Assembly: GCA_030390025.1 (NCBI GenBank)
Contig: CM059438.1
Coordinates: forward strand, 62,312,001-62,376,000
Origin: Squalus acanthias
Taxonomy: Eukaryota
DNA length: 64,000 nucleotides
Direction: 5' to 3'
Under the pieces are notes generated by a model, which ran no database searches, had not been told where the DNA came from, and saw nothing but the letters and a program-made list of their open reading frames with translations. Positions 23,600 to 35,821 of this stretch are shown in pieces (within the stretch, counting starts at the first letter, position 1; the number at the start of each line of letters is the position of its first letter). The position numbers were made by a program, and so were the translations under genes.

Positions 23600-25960
23600 T
23601 GTATTCCCTACCCCCAATGGTCTCGCAGGTCATTAACGTGGCAGAACAAGTAGATAAAGTCATTATTTTAAAAAACGTAAATAGAATCCTTGGTTTTGTA
23701 TCTAGAGGCATAGAATTGGGAAAAAAAGCACAGGTAATTTTGAATGTGTACTAAACATTAGGGCACAGTTGGAGTATTGTTTGTTTTTAATTCATTTTTA
23801 TGGGATGTGGGCGTCGCTGGCAAAGCCAGCATTTATTGCCCATCCCTAATTGCCCTTGAGAAGGTGGTGGTGAGCCGCCGCCTTGAACCGCTGCAGTCCG
23901 TGTGGTGAAGGTACTCCCACAGTGCTGTTAGGTAGGGAATTCCAGGATTTTGACCCAGCGACGATGAAGGATCGGCGATATACTTCTAAGTCAGGATGAT
24001 GTGTGACTTGGAGGGGAACTTGGAAGTGGTGGTGTTCCCATGCATTTGCTGCCCTTGTCCTTCTAGGTGGAAGAGGTCGCGGGTTTGGGAGGTGCTGCCG
24101 AAGAAGCCTTGGCGAGTTGCTGCAGTGCATCTTGTAGATGGTACACACAGCAGCCACGGTGTGCCGGTGATGGAGGAAGTGGATGTTTAAGGTGGTAGAG
24201 GGGGTGCCAATCAAATGGGCTGCTTTGTCCTGGATGGTGTCGAGCTTCTTGAGTGTTGTTGGAGCTGCACTCATCCAGGCAGTGGAGAGTATTCCATCAC
24301 ACTCCTTACTTGTGCCTTGTAGATGGTGGAAAGGCTTTGGGGAGTCAGGAGGTAAGACACTCGCCGCAGAATACCTAACCTCTGACCTGCTCTTGTTGCC
24401 ACACTATTTATGTGGCTGGTCCAGTTAAGTTTCTGGTCAATGGTGACTCCCAGGATGTTAATGGTGGGGGATTCGGTGATGGTAATGCCATTGAATGTCA
24501 AGGGGGGTGTTTAGACTCTCGCTTGTTGGAGATAGTCATTGCCTGGCACTTCTGTGGCGCGAATGTTACCTGCCACTTATCAGCCCAAGCCTGAACGTCG
24601 TCCAGATCTTGTTGCATGCAGGTATGGACTGCTTCATTATGAGGAGTTGTGAATGGCACTGAACACTGCAGTCATCAGCAAACATCCCCATTTCTGACCT
24701 TATGTTGGAGGGAAGGTCATTTTTAGAAGCAGCTGAAGATGGTTGGGCCTAGGACACTGCCCTGAGGAACTCCTGCAGCGATGTCCTGGGGCTGTGATGA
24801 TTGACCTTTGATGTCAAGGGCAGTCACTCTCACCTCACCCCTGGAATTCAGCTCCTTTGTCCATGTTTGGACCAAGACTGTAATGAGGTTGGCAGCCGAG
24901 TGGTCTTGGCGGAACCCAAACTGAGCATCAGTGAGCAGGTTATTGGTGAGTAAGTGTCGCTTGATAGCACTGTCGATGACACCTTCCATTACTTTGGTGA
25001 TGATTGAGAGTTGACTGATGGGGCGGTAATTGGCTGGATTGGATTTGTCCTGCTTTTTGTGGACAGGACACACCTGGGCAGTTTTCCACATTGTCAGATA
25101 GATGCCAGTGTTGTAGCTGTACTGGAACAGCTTGGCTAGAGGTGCGGCTAGTTCTGGAGCACAAGTCTTCAGCACGATAGCCGGGATGTTGTCAGGGCCC
25201 ATAGCCTTTGCTGTATCCAGTGCGCTCAGCCGTTTCTTGATATCACGTGGAGTGAATCGAATTGGCTGAAGACTGGCTTCTGTGATGGTGAGGACCGCAG
25301 GAGGAGGCCGATATGGATCATCCACTCGGCACTTCTGGCTGAAGATGGTTGCAAACGCTTCAGCCTTGTCTTTCGCACTCACGTGCTGGGCTCTCCCATC
25401 ATTGAGGATGGGCATATTCATGGAGCCTCCTCCTCCCGTGAGTTGTTTAATGGTCCACCACCATTCACGACTGGATGTGGCAGGACTGCAGAGCTTTGAT
25501 CTGATCCATTGATTGTGGGATCGCTTAGCCCTGTCTATAGCATTGTGTGCAGTTTTGGGCATGCCATTATAGGAAACCTATAAAAAGTAATGGAAAAGAT
25601 GCAGTGTAGATTACCTGGGATGTTACCAGGGATGAGTAGTTACACTTAGATTTGAGAAGCAAGGAGTTTTTTCACTAGACTTGTGAAGTTAAGGGATGAC
25701 CTGATGGGGTTCTTCCAAGATTCTGATGAGGTAAATATTGATAATTGTATCCACCAGTTGGCAAGACAGTAACGAGAGGGCACAAATTTTAAGATAATCA
25801 CAGCAAGAATTAGACGGAAGGTTAGAAAAAAATCTTTACCGAGAGGGTAGTTGGAATGTGCAATTCTCTGCCACATTTCATTGTTGAAACAGAGTTCATA
25901 AATTCTTTTAATTGCTTGATGGGCTGAATGGCCTGTTTGTGTGCTGTAATATTCTGTAAT
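23600..25960 (+). mobile_element. Old degraded CR1 3' region split by a LINE insertion
   Basis: CAGTTGGAGTATTGT|GTGCAGTTTTGG (QLEYC|VQFW) is continuous across the insert. Confidence 0.7.
23781..25541 (-). mobile_element. 5'-truncated CR1-group (Zenon/Crack-like) LINE with internal RT deletion
   Basis: Peptides KAMGPDNIP...NYRPIS...QFGFR...[10 protein letters not shown] and IYKAQVRSVMEYS. ATTGT duplication at 23776-23780 and 25542-25546. Confidence 0.85.
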
Positions 25961-26856
25961 ATTTTTTGACTTTGTGTGCATTGTGCAGAGATGGCACAGA
26001 GATGGTTTTAGTCTCCATTGCACTGCTGAATTAACTGAATCTCAGGCAGGGGAGCACTGAGAGCACCAGAATTGATCTCTGCATTCCTGAGCCAGGAAGT
26101 GGAAAAATATCCACCAGAGTTCCCAGTCCTGATCGCTATCCAGTGACTTCTCCTATAGAAAAGGTATGATTGGACATTAGGTTTGGTCATCAGGATCGGG
26201 CTTAGCTGTGATGCCAACCTAGGTATTGAGGCTCACACATGAAGGATGTCCACTTATAGGAGGGCTGCTGGTGCAAGAATCGGAGCTTTCAGGAGAGGGG
26301 GGGAAAAGTCTTGCTTATTTCCCGTCTTCATTGTTCAATTCTGAAATTGTCACTGTGCAGGTAATCCATAAATTTTTAAACATGAGTAGTTTTACAACAG
26401 GACTTTGTTACTGGAAACGCATCAAATGAAGTAATGTAGTAACCGTAGCAACAGCAAATGGTTCCAACCCTGTGCCTTTGTTTTCCTCTCTGCCTCAAAT
26501 GGTTGATCAGTGAGTTATTAAAAAGAAACTCTCCATCACATAGTTTCTGGTTTATTGGCATAAATGTTTCTGATGCCTGCCAAATAACAAATTGTTTGTC
26601 AAGAAAATGTTGCCATTAGTTTTAAATTGGTATTTTCACTTCTAGTGTTGGTGTATGAGAGGTTATGCTAAATGAACGGAAATTCTGAAGCTATTAAACA
26701 GATAACAAAGTGAATTTGTAAAAACATAAACACTTTTAAGTATACTCTGAACCCCAAATATGCAGCATCTGAGTGTTGAAAAACCAGTCCATGTAGTGAC
26801 CTTTAATTAACGGGACATTTATGAATTTCTAAACACAGCAGAAGCTAAACTGTTTG

Positions 26857-27022
26857 GGGGTAATTTTAACTTTTGGCAATAGTGTAAAACCTGCAATTTT
26901 GGCTCAGCTATTCATTAAACACCTCTGCTGATTGACTTCAATGGAAACAAAAATCGAGAGAGGTGTTCACCAGCAGTTGAGCCGATATCGCACACTTTAC
27001 ACTCCCGCTAAAAGTTCAGATT
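26857..27022. mobile_element. Old fold-back MITE
   Basis: Imperfect palindrome AACTTTTGGC..AGTGTAAA..ACACCTCT / AGAGGTGT..TTTACACT..GCTAAAAGTT, centred on ATTGACTTCAAT. Confidence 0.55.
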
Positions 27023-28507
27023 TGTTTGTTTCTGTTTTTTCCACCGCTCCCTTTTCAATCCGCTCTTGCTCTCCATGTACAGAAATCATTGATATATCTA
27101 CAGGATATCCTGACTGAAAGAGATGTGTGCCCATTAAAGTACAAAAGCTACTGATTTAGTGACTTGCTTTTATTTTCAAAGCTACTGCCATCCCATCTTG
27201 CTCAATGTTGTTTGGTTAGTCTTCATGGCATTACTTCAAACTAAAGAACATGCCAGTGCAACCGTTTCACTTCAGCATTTTTCTCTATACTGCGTGGGTT
27301 TTGTACAAATGCTAAAATCATTATGCATATGTTGTCTGTTTCAATTTTTCAAGCCAAATAATATATCTCGACTAGTCTATTAGCCATGCTAATTTGCTGA
27401 CCTTTAATTGCACTGTTCTTTTGCTTCTTTTATCAACAACAACAATCTTTGCACTCCTTCTGTTTTCCTTCTGAAGTTATTGATTACTTCAGCCAGGAAG
27501 GGTGGAATGATCAGAATTTGGGATGTACACAAACATGCTTGAAGCTCGTGGGAGGGGAGAGGAGAACTAGGTATGAATAAAATGCTCTACCTCTGGACTG
27601 TAGGAGGATCCTTACACAAGAATGAACCAAGTTACCACCCTCAGCTGTACTAATCTTTGTGGTAAGAACAGAGGAATGTGCAGGGCTGGAAGAGGCCACC
27701 GGTCCCAGCTAATTATATGAGTATTTAATTTATTGCTTTTGGCAAACCAAGACCTCTGGACATCCCAAAGTACTTTTGAAGTGTAGTCACTGTTGTAAAG
27801 TAGGAAACAACACAATGTAAACGGCAATCTAATTCTTGAGGTAGTGTGATTCTAATAACACCACTCACTGTTCACTTTTGGAAAATAGAAAGAAAGATGG
27901 CCTGGATCATTTCCACAGTGTGCATTAAGTTCTTTCTCGTCCTCGCTCTTCCTTTTCCTCCCTCCGGCCCCACACAATGTCTAGGACACAAAGGCTCCAG
28001 GCTAAGGTATGACCTGTACAGAGAAAGTCATGACAGAAATGTGGCATAATCACATTATGGTGCAAAGAATAGTAGATAATAAATAAATTTCACTGGAAAC
28101 TGCATTCTGTTGCTTCATGTATTTCATCTAGTTTGTTTATTGTGCTTTGTCTCACTTGAGTGCCTCTCAGTCTGCCTCCTATAAACACAGGAGAATGCAT
28201 GTGGCAGCATGTGTGACAGAGTATATAGTACACGCAACAAGGGGTCAATGTTACAATCACCAATCACTCTATTGTTTAACTCAATATGAGGCAGTAGAAG
28301 TGTATCCCAGTCGTAGGTCTGCTTACAGGAGTGACTAGAGATGCTGGACTTGAGAGAATTTCTACTGTAAGCCTATGAAATTTGTAATGAGCACATCATG
28401 TACAATTCTCCATTTTTATGTAAAGTAAGCAACTCATCCTTTGGAGAAAAAAAAATCTGGGGATTATTTTAATGTGGTTGTTAGACTTTTAAAATATACC
28501 TTTAAAT

Positions 28508-28775
28508 TAGCGGTTTTCAAACTTTTCTGAGTGGGGGAGCCTCCTGTAAATATTGGCACTTCCCAAACTTCCAAAAGGCAGTGCCAACTATCCAGTGAAA
28601 AACATTGCAGGAAAGGTTATTTTATTAATATATGCAGTAACAAATAATAAGCCATCAAATACAGAAAACTGAAGAAATCTAATGTCGTACAAACAGAAAT
28701 ATGGTGTTCGTGAGGACCCCCTGAAATCTCTATTGGGCCCCATAGGGTCCAAGAATCCCCTTTTGAAAACCTTTG
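28508..28775. mobile_element. hAT (Charlie-like) MITE
   Basis: TIR TAGCGGTTTTCAAA / TTTGAAAACCTTTG, with 8-bp flanks CTTTAAAT / CTTTAACT. Confidence 0.7.
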
Positions 28776-29678
28776 CTTTAACTTTTGCATTATGTGTGCT
28801 TGGAACGCTAGACAGCACGAGTAATGATGGCTCTCCCTACCTCAGATTGGTTTTACCATTCGCATCTTATTGGTGGACAGATATTGTTTTTCCGAGTCTG
28901 TTGAGTCATACTATTTGATGATTCATTCAGGCCGTCAATGGGTGGAACATAATGTGAACAAAATTATTCCTCAAAGTCTCATTAATTTCCAGGTCTAGAG
29001 CAAAACAATAAGCCTGTTTTTCAGAAAGAAATACCATTTCAATAAAAGGCAGTTCTGACTTCTCTGCCCAATGGAAGGTTTTAAAACCAGCCGTAGTAGT
29101 GTGTTCTGGTCATTAAAATACTGAGTTTGCTAAATATAGGTTAACTCATAACTCAGTGCTGTGAAATGTTTTCATAGTCAATCATTGATTTGGTAATTGG
29201 GACTTCTTGAACCCACCTAACACAACATGCTCTTGATGTCATTTTTGGGAACCATTAGTAGCTGGTGTTAGATTTTAATACAATATTATTTGTGAAAAAT
29301 GATATTCTAACGCGTAATCATAAAAAGTCTGATGACATAATTGATTTGCAGTTGGCTAATTAAACCAGACAAACCTCCAAAGTCCAATCCTTGATCTGAA
29401 ATGTACGACCAACTTCCTTGGCATGGCAAGTGTGGTCAGCACTCCAATTTCAGTGGACTCGATCATGGCTGCAGTTGCCCACAGTGCTCCTGGCCTACAG
29501 TAGTGGGAACATAAATGCTTAATGCATGTCAGCCTCTTTTTTACAATACATATTTTTGGGTGACTTTTCTGTTCCAGATAAAGGTTGTCAGTCCTGCGGA
29601 ATGAAACCTTTCTTCATGTTTGGATTGAACATCCATAGATGGCAAAGTAAAACTCCCTCTTCGCTACCTCAACATTAC

Positions 29679-30505
29679 GGGCTGGATTTTGCCAATGGGG
29701 AGCTTTTGGAGGCGAGACTCCCACTTGTCAGGTTTTAGTCCTGCCTCCATTGACTTCTGGCCAACCCACGCTATTTTCTCTTGATTGACCTTGTTAAGAC
29801 CGCCCAGCGGGTTTAGCAGGCCAATTAAGGGAAAGCTGGTGACCGAGAACGTCAATGTATGACGTTTTATCTGTCAAAAATTTTTGACAGATGAATTGTC
29901 ATCGTTTGACAGCTTTGAGAAGCTGTCAAACACTGACATTCTCTGTTGTTTGATGAGTCCTTGTATTCAAGACTCATCAAACCTATCTGCTGAGCAGAAA
30001 TCAGATGGCTGTTGCATCGGAGAATGCAGCAGCCATCTGCCATCTCTGCTGGTGAGATGCGGGAGTCTCCAGTTCCCCAACTGTTGAAGCCTGCAGGAAG
30101 AAACAAAGGTAAGTAAACATTTTCTATTACTTTACACTCACCTCACATACTTACCTCTCCACACTTTCACCCATCACTCACCTCCACAGCGCACTTTTGG
30201 ACCCCTCCGACCCCCGCAGACCCACTGCTCGCCTCGCTGACCCTGGCGGGGTTTCCCGACGTCAGGGGTAAAATGGGGATAATCCTCTTAACTGCCTGTT
30301 AACTACCTGTTAACAGGCAGTTAAGTGACTGTAATCCCCTTCCCGCCTCCAGGAGACAGGACCCGGCGCGGGTCGGGTACCCGCCTCCTGGGAAGATGGC
30401 ACGGAGGCGGGTTGGGGGTGGCATTGGCACCCGCCCCCAGATTCTGCCATTTTCCCAGCAGTCCCGCCTCCAAACCCGCCTCCCCAGGGCTGGCAAAACC
30501 CCCCC
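29679..30505. mobile_element. PIF/Harbinger-type MITE (family D/E)
   Basis: Starts GGGCTGGATTTTG and is colinear with the reverse complement of 34367-35216. Flanks TAC/TAT, GGAGGCGGG repeats. Confidence 0.8.
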
Positions 30506-33500
30506 TATGACTTAACCTTAACCTCGGAAGAACAATGTGAACATTTTGATTTTCCATGTCAGCCATCGTTTTGAGATCACTTTATGTTGCAGTCATGTCA
30601 AATTGAGGTCGCTTTGGTGTTATGGGCCAGAGTTTTTCAGGAGCTGGATTGAGACCACACCAAATTCATGTCACTAGGGCAGAAGGAAGAGGACACTTTT
30701 TTTAATCTCATCCATTTGCCAAGATATGACTAGGTCACTGGTTAGTGATTTATCACAGATCCTGGAGTGCAATCCCCAAACACTGGTTAAAAATCCCAGA
30801 AGCCCATACAATAAATCAGTGGCCTTGGTTATGCTTACATCTGAAATGGAAAAGCAGTGTGTGCTGATGTATTTCATTTTTAAGTCTCTGAAATTGTGGG
30901 CAAATTTGAAGAATTTTTTTCTTACTTCCTCTCTTTACATGTAGTTCATAGCTTTGTCTATTAGTGGAAAAGTAGATTAGCATGTCACCTTATGCTGATT
31001 TGTCTACACCGATGCTTGTACATTCTGTTTAATGCATGATGGGGGTGAAGACATGGTCCAAGCTGCATCTTCTGTCCGTATGCTCCATAATCGGTGACAG
31101 GGAATGTATGTACAGTAGGGTGGATGACTGTACTAGTCTCCTTTCTTAAATCTAGACCAGTCATCAAATGATCAGATTTTTTTCATGTATTGAAAGTCTT
31201 TCTTAAATTGGTTTCGGGTATAAGCAATACCTCCACATACACTTTAATCCAAATTGTCATCTCATTGCAAGGCACTGCTTCCAACAGTTTAGATGTTAGC
31301 TGTTAACATTTGCTTGCAAGCGCAGTCCTAGGTGGCTTTGAGTGACCAGAATCCTTGACGTGCTGGTAGAGTTGCGGGCAATTGGTTAGGTCACCAGCAG
31401 AGTTTAAATCATTTGTAAAATTGTACATAGATTTTTTTTAACTTTTCTTTGAAGTACTGGCTGAAAAATGAACATATCACTCAGGATAGTGCTGCTCCTC
31501 TTGTCAGCTTGTCGATATGTCTGAAGGTGCTAGAAACCTAAATATTTGAAACTGTTTTTCTTTAACACTGGACAATAGCTTGCAGTCACAAAAGCCCATG
31601 CCATGTATTTTTATACCATTGTTATTAGTGATCTTTGTGGTGATGTACGTGTTCAGTAAATATATCAAATACTTTTGTCGCAGGCTCTAATAACCACTTG
31701 TACTGGGCAGAGAAGGAGATGTTGTAAATAGGTATCAAACAAAAAAGTGACTGGTGAAGAGAGTGAAGGAAGGCTACCATTAGAAGCGCACAGTGCAGCC
31801 AAGAATTGTGTAATCAAATTGACTTTCAAGTTGCTGTCTCTAATGTAGGGCCTGAAGTGAAACCAGTAATGAGGCTCTTTACTCTGATCAAAATTGTTGT
31901 TCCACAGAAAGTTTTAAAAAGACCTGGTCTAAAACCAGTCATTATTAATTTTATTGTTTGCCGGCCAAGACCAAGAAGTCAGAATCTAGCAGCTTACACA
32001 GAAGATAATGCATAGATTCAGTTGTTTTCAAGATGGTAATTCATCAAGAGGGTCATGCTAGAAATATGATGGTGAGCTTGAGCAGTTGACCAAGAAGCAT
32101 AACATCCTGTACTAATTGAATTTATTGATCATGGCCCATCATCAAATAGTTCTTTTAAGATCAGTGGCAGCTTCTCTGCAATTGTACCACATGATTCCAG
32201 CTACAGCGACTGTGTTCCAATTCACAATGTGTCGCAGGGAGTTGGTACACTTTTAAGTATATTATAAATCTGTTCCTTTGATTGCAGTGTACACACCGTT
32301 TGCGAGGGCTGTTTGCCAGTTTGAGTGAGCTGTCAAGCGTAAATGCCAGCTCTCTATTTTACTGCTCCTTTTAGTATGTGGCCGTGTTGGATTTTGTAAG
32401 CGTGTAGGTCAGAAGCAATTTATCCCTGAAGATCAGTTCTGAGTTCTGTTAATAGCAGTGCAAAAAGTGCATTTTTTAATAGTACTGTAGTTCCATAAAT
32501 AGAGGTCTTTTCTCGGCAAATTGAATTAAACCTGAACAGTAATCGGGTGTGATCCTTCAAGGAGTGAAGAACTTTCCTTTTAGATTTTTAGAAATGCATC
32601 TTGTGGTTAAAACATGATCGATTTTGCAAAGGTGATATACTGCAAAAGAAATAAAGTGAAAGGTACAATGGGCAAGTAGCTTGTATAAATAACCTTGCAC
32701 CATGGATGTTAAGGTATTGAGAATTAATCCTGTGTAAATAATTTTGCGCCCTCGCAAGGGCATAAAATAAAGCACTTTGCTAGTGAGGAAAGGGCAGAGA
32801 TTTGGGTTTAATAAAGGGTGCAAAACTGCAATTGAGTTATCCAGAAGGCATAAATCACCAGTGCCGCAGGCCCTTGGCTATAGTGCTCCTCCATTCTTAA
32901 TCAAAATTGGTTTATAAATTCATATTAGTATTCATGTTGAGGCTAAAAGGGGTCGTAGCTTGACTACGCCTTCCTGCCTAACAGAATGCTTTACTGTATT
33001 AATTTCTTCATAGAATTGGAGAACTGATCTAATTATTCAATCAAAATAAAATGTGTGATATCCTTTTAGCCTAACCATGGGTATTGCTATAAATTCATAA
33101 ATCCATTTTGATTAATGAGAAAGGGTGGTTTCCCAGTTGCTAAGAACCTATACATCTGGCCTGTCGTCTGTCAGCTGCCTTAATGGAAGTTATTTCCTAA
33201 TTGGAGGGCAGTACTGCTGCTTTTCACGGAGTGGGCCCATGCTGGTGCTATACCACAAACAGCCTGTCTGCTATAAGGAACAATGTTTGATTTTTAAGGA
33301 CCTTTCAAAGACGAGGGCAGCAGAGTGGCTCCGTGCTTTAGAACGTAGTGCACTATGGCCCCTTCCCCTTGTACCCAAATGCTGAACTCCGCATGCTGCT
33401 GTGAAAAAGCACTGACCAGCGATGAGCTCCATCCCCATAGGGAGGGAGACTCGCCTTGGGTTATGTGTGCACACCTGGTCACTGGTTTCTGAGCAGCAAT

Positions 33501-33564
33501 AGCTCACGTGAGACTAAGAAACAGCAGAGGAGAAAAATACATTTTAAGTATTGAGAATTAAGTA

Positions 33565-35821
33565 TTGACTGGAGAATTGCAAATGTTACACCCTTGTTCA
33601 GAAAAGGGTGCAAGGATAAACCCAGCAAGTACAGGCCAGTCAGTTTGACCTCGGTAGTGGGGAAGCTTTCGGGGACAAAATTAACAGTCACTTGGACAAG
33701 TGTTGATTAATTAAGGAAAGCCAGCATGGATTTGTTAAAGGCAAATCGTGTTTAACTAACTTGATCGTGTTTTTTGATGAGGTAACAGAGAGGGTTGATG
33801 AGGGCAATATGGTTGACGTGGTGTACATAGACTTCCAAAAGGCGTTTGGTAAAGTGCCACATAATAGGTTTGCCAGCAAAGTTGAAGCCCATGGAATAAA
33901 AGGGATACGAAATTAGCTAAGTGACAGGAAACAGAGAGTAGTGGTGAACGGTTGTTTTTCGGACTGGAGGAAGGTATACAGTGGTGTTCCCCGGGGTTGG
34001 TACTAGGATTACTGCTTTTCTGGATATATACTAATGACTTGGACTTGGGTGTACAGGGCACAATTTCAAAATTTGCAGATGACACAAAACTTGGAAGTAT
34101 AGTGAACAGTGAGACTTCAAGAAGACATAGACAGGCTGGTGGAATGGGCGGACACGTGGCAGATGAAATTTAACGCAGAAAAGTGCGAAGTGATTTTGGT
34201 AGGAAGAACGAGGAGAGGCAATATAAACTAAAGGCTACAATTCTAAAGGGGGTGCATGAACAGAGAGACCGGGGGTATATGTGCACAAATCGTTGAAGGT
34301 GGCAGGACAGGTTGAGAAAGCGGTTAAAAAAGCATACGAATCCTGGGCTTCATAAGTAGAGGCATAGGGCAGAATTTTCACCGGCCCGTGGAGGAGGGTT
34401 TGGAGGCGTGTGGGGTGGGAAAATCGCAGATTCGGGGGTCCCGAATCCATCCCGCCCCCAACCCGCCTCCATACCAGTTTCACAGGAGGCGGGTACCCGA
34501 CCTGTGCTGGGAGCCGCCTCCCTGAGGCGGGAAGGGGATTAGTGACAATAAACCGCCTGTTAACAGGTAGTTAACAGGCAGTTTGTTGCCTAATCCCTAT
34601 TTTTAGCCCTGAAGCGTGGACTACCCGACGGCTCCAAACCACGCCGTTTTAGTGAGGCGGACCGTGGGTCTGCAGGGTTTGGAGAGGTCGATATGTCCGG
34701 TGGGCAGGTGAGTGATGGGTGCATGTGTGCAGAGGTAAGTGTGTAAGGTAAGTGTAAAGTGTGGAAAAACTTAGCTTACACACTTACCTCTACTTCCTCC
34801 TGCAGGTGTCAGCCCTTCAGGTCTCGGGAGTCAGAAATCTCACCGGCACAGAAAGCAGAATGGCCGCTGAGCTGTCAAAAGCTGCAGTTCTGCTTTCTGT
34901 GCTGGATTGATTTCTAACGTGAGTCTAAGTACAGGGACTCACGTTAGAAATCATATTGTCAGTGTTTGACAGCTTCACAGAGCTGTCAAATGCTGAAATT
35001 TCATCTGTCAAAAGCTCTTGACAGATGAAATTTCAATGGCTGACGTCACCTGTATCCAAGGGACCTTTGATTGGCCTGCCAAGCCCGCTGGGCGGGCTTA
35101 ACAAGGTCAATCAAGGGAAAATACAGTGGGTTGGCCACAAGTCGATGGAGGCGGGACTACAACCCAAAAAGTGGGAGTCCCGCCTCCATCACGTCCCCAT
35201 TGACAAAATCCAGCCCATAGAGTACAAAAACAAGGAGGTTATGATGAACCTTTATAAAACACTGGTTCAGCCTCAACTGGAGTATTGTGTCCAATTCTGG
35301 GCACCGCACTTTAGGAAGGATGTGAGGGCCTTGGAGAGGATGCAGAAAAGATTTACAAGACTGGTTCCAGGGATGAGGGACTTCAGTTACGTGGAGAAGC
35401 TGGGGTTGTTCTCCTTGGAGCAGAGAAGGTTGAGTGGAGATTTGATAGAGGTGTTCAAAATCATGATGGGTCTAGACAGAGTAGATAGAGAGAAACTGTT
35501 CCTATTGGCGGAAGGGTCGAGAACCAGAGGACGCAGATTTAAGGTGATTGGCAAAAGAACCAAAGGCGACATGAGGAAAAACTTTTTTATGCAGCGAGTG
35601 GTTAGAATCTGGAATGCACTGTCTGAGAGGGTGGTGGAGGCAGATTCAATCATGGCTTTCAAAAGGGAATTGGATAAGTACCTGAAGGAAAAAAAATTGC
35701 AGTGCTACGGGGAAAGGGCAGGGGAGTGGGACTAGCTGAAGTGCTCTTGTAGAGAGCCGGCATAGGCTTGATGGGCCGAATGGCCGCCTTCTGTCTGTGC
35801 TGTAACCATTCTATGATTCTA
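33565..35821 (+). mobile_element. 5'-truncated degraded CR1 LINE (family of 57707-61131), interrupted by a MITE
   Basis: RT motifs FADDTKLG and LEYCVQFWAP, ATTCTATG tail. Confidence 0.9.
34367..35216. mobile_element. PIF/Harbinger-type MITE (family D/E)
   Basis: TIR GGGCAGAATTTT / rc GGGCTGGATTTT, ATA TSD inside the CR1 (GGC-ATA-GAGTAC). Confidence 0.85.

Noticed and set aside
35025..35735. 236-aa ORF as a novel gene
   Set aside because: Chance fusion of the MITE D end to the CR1 ORF2 C-terminus.
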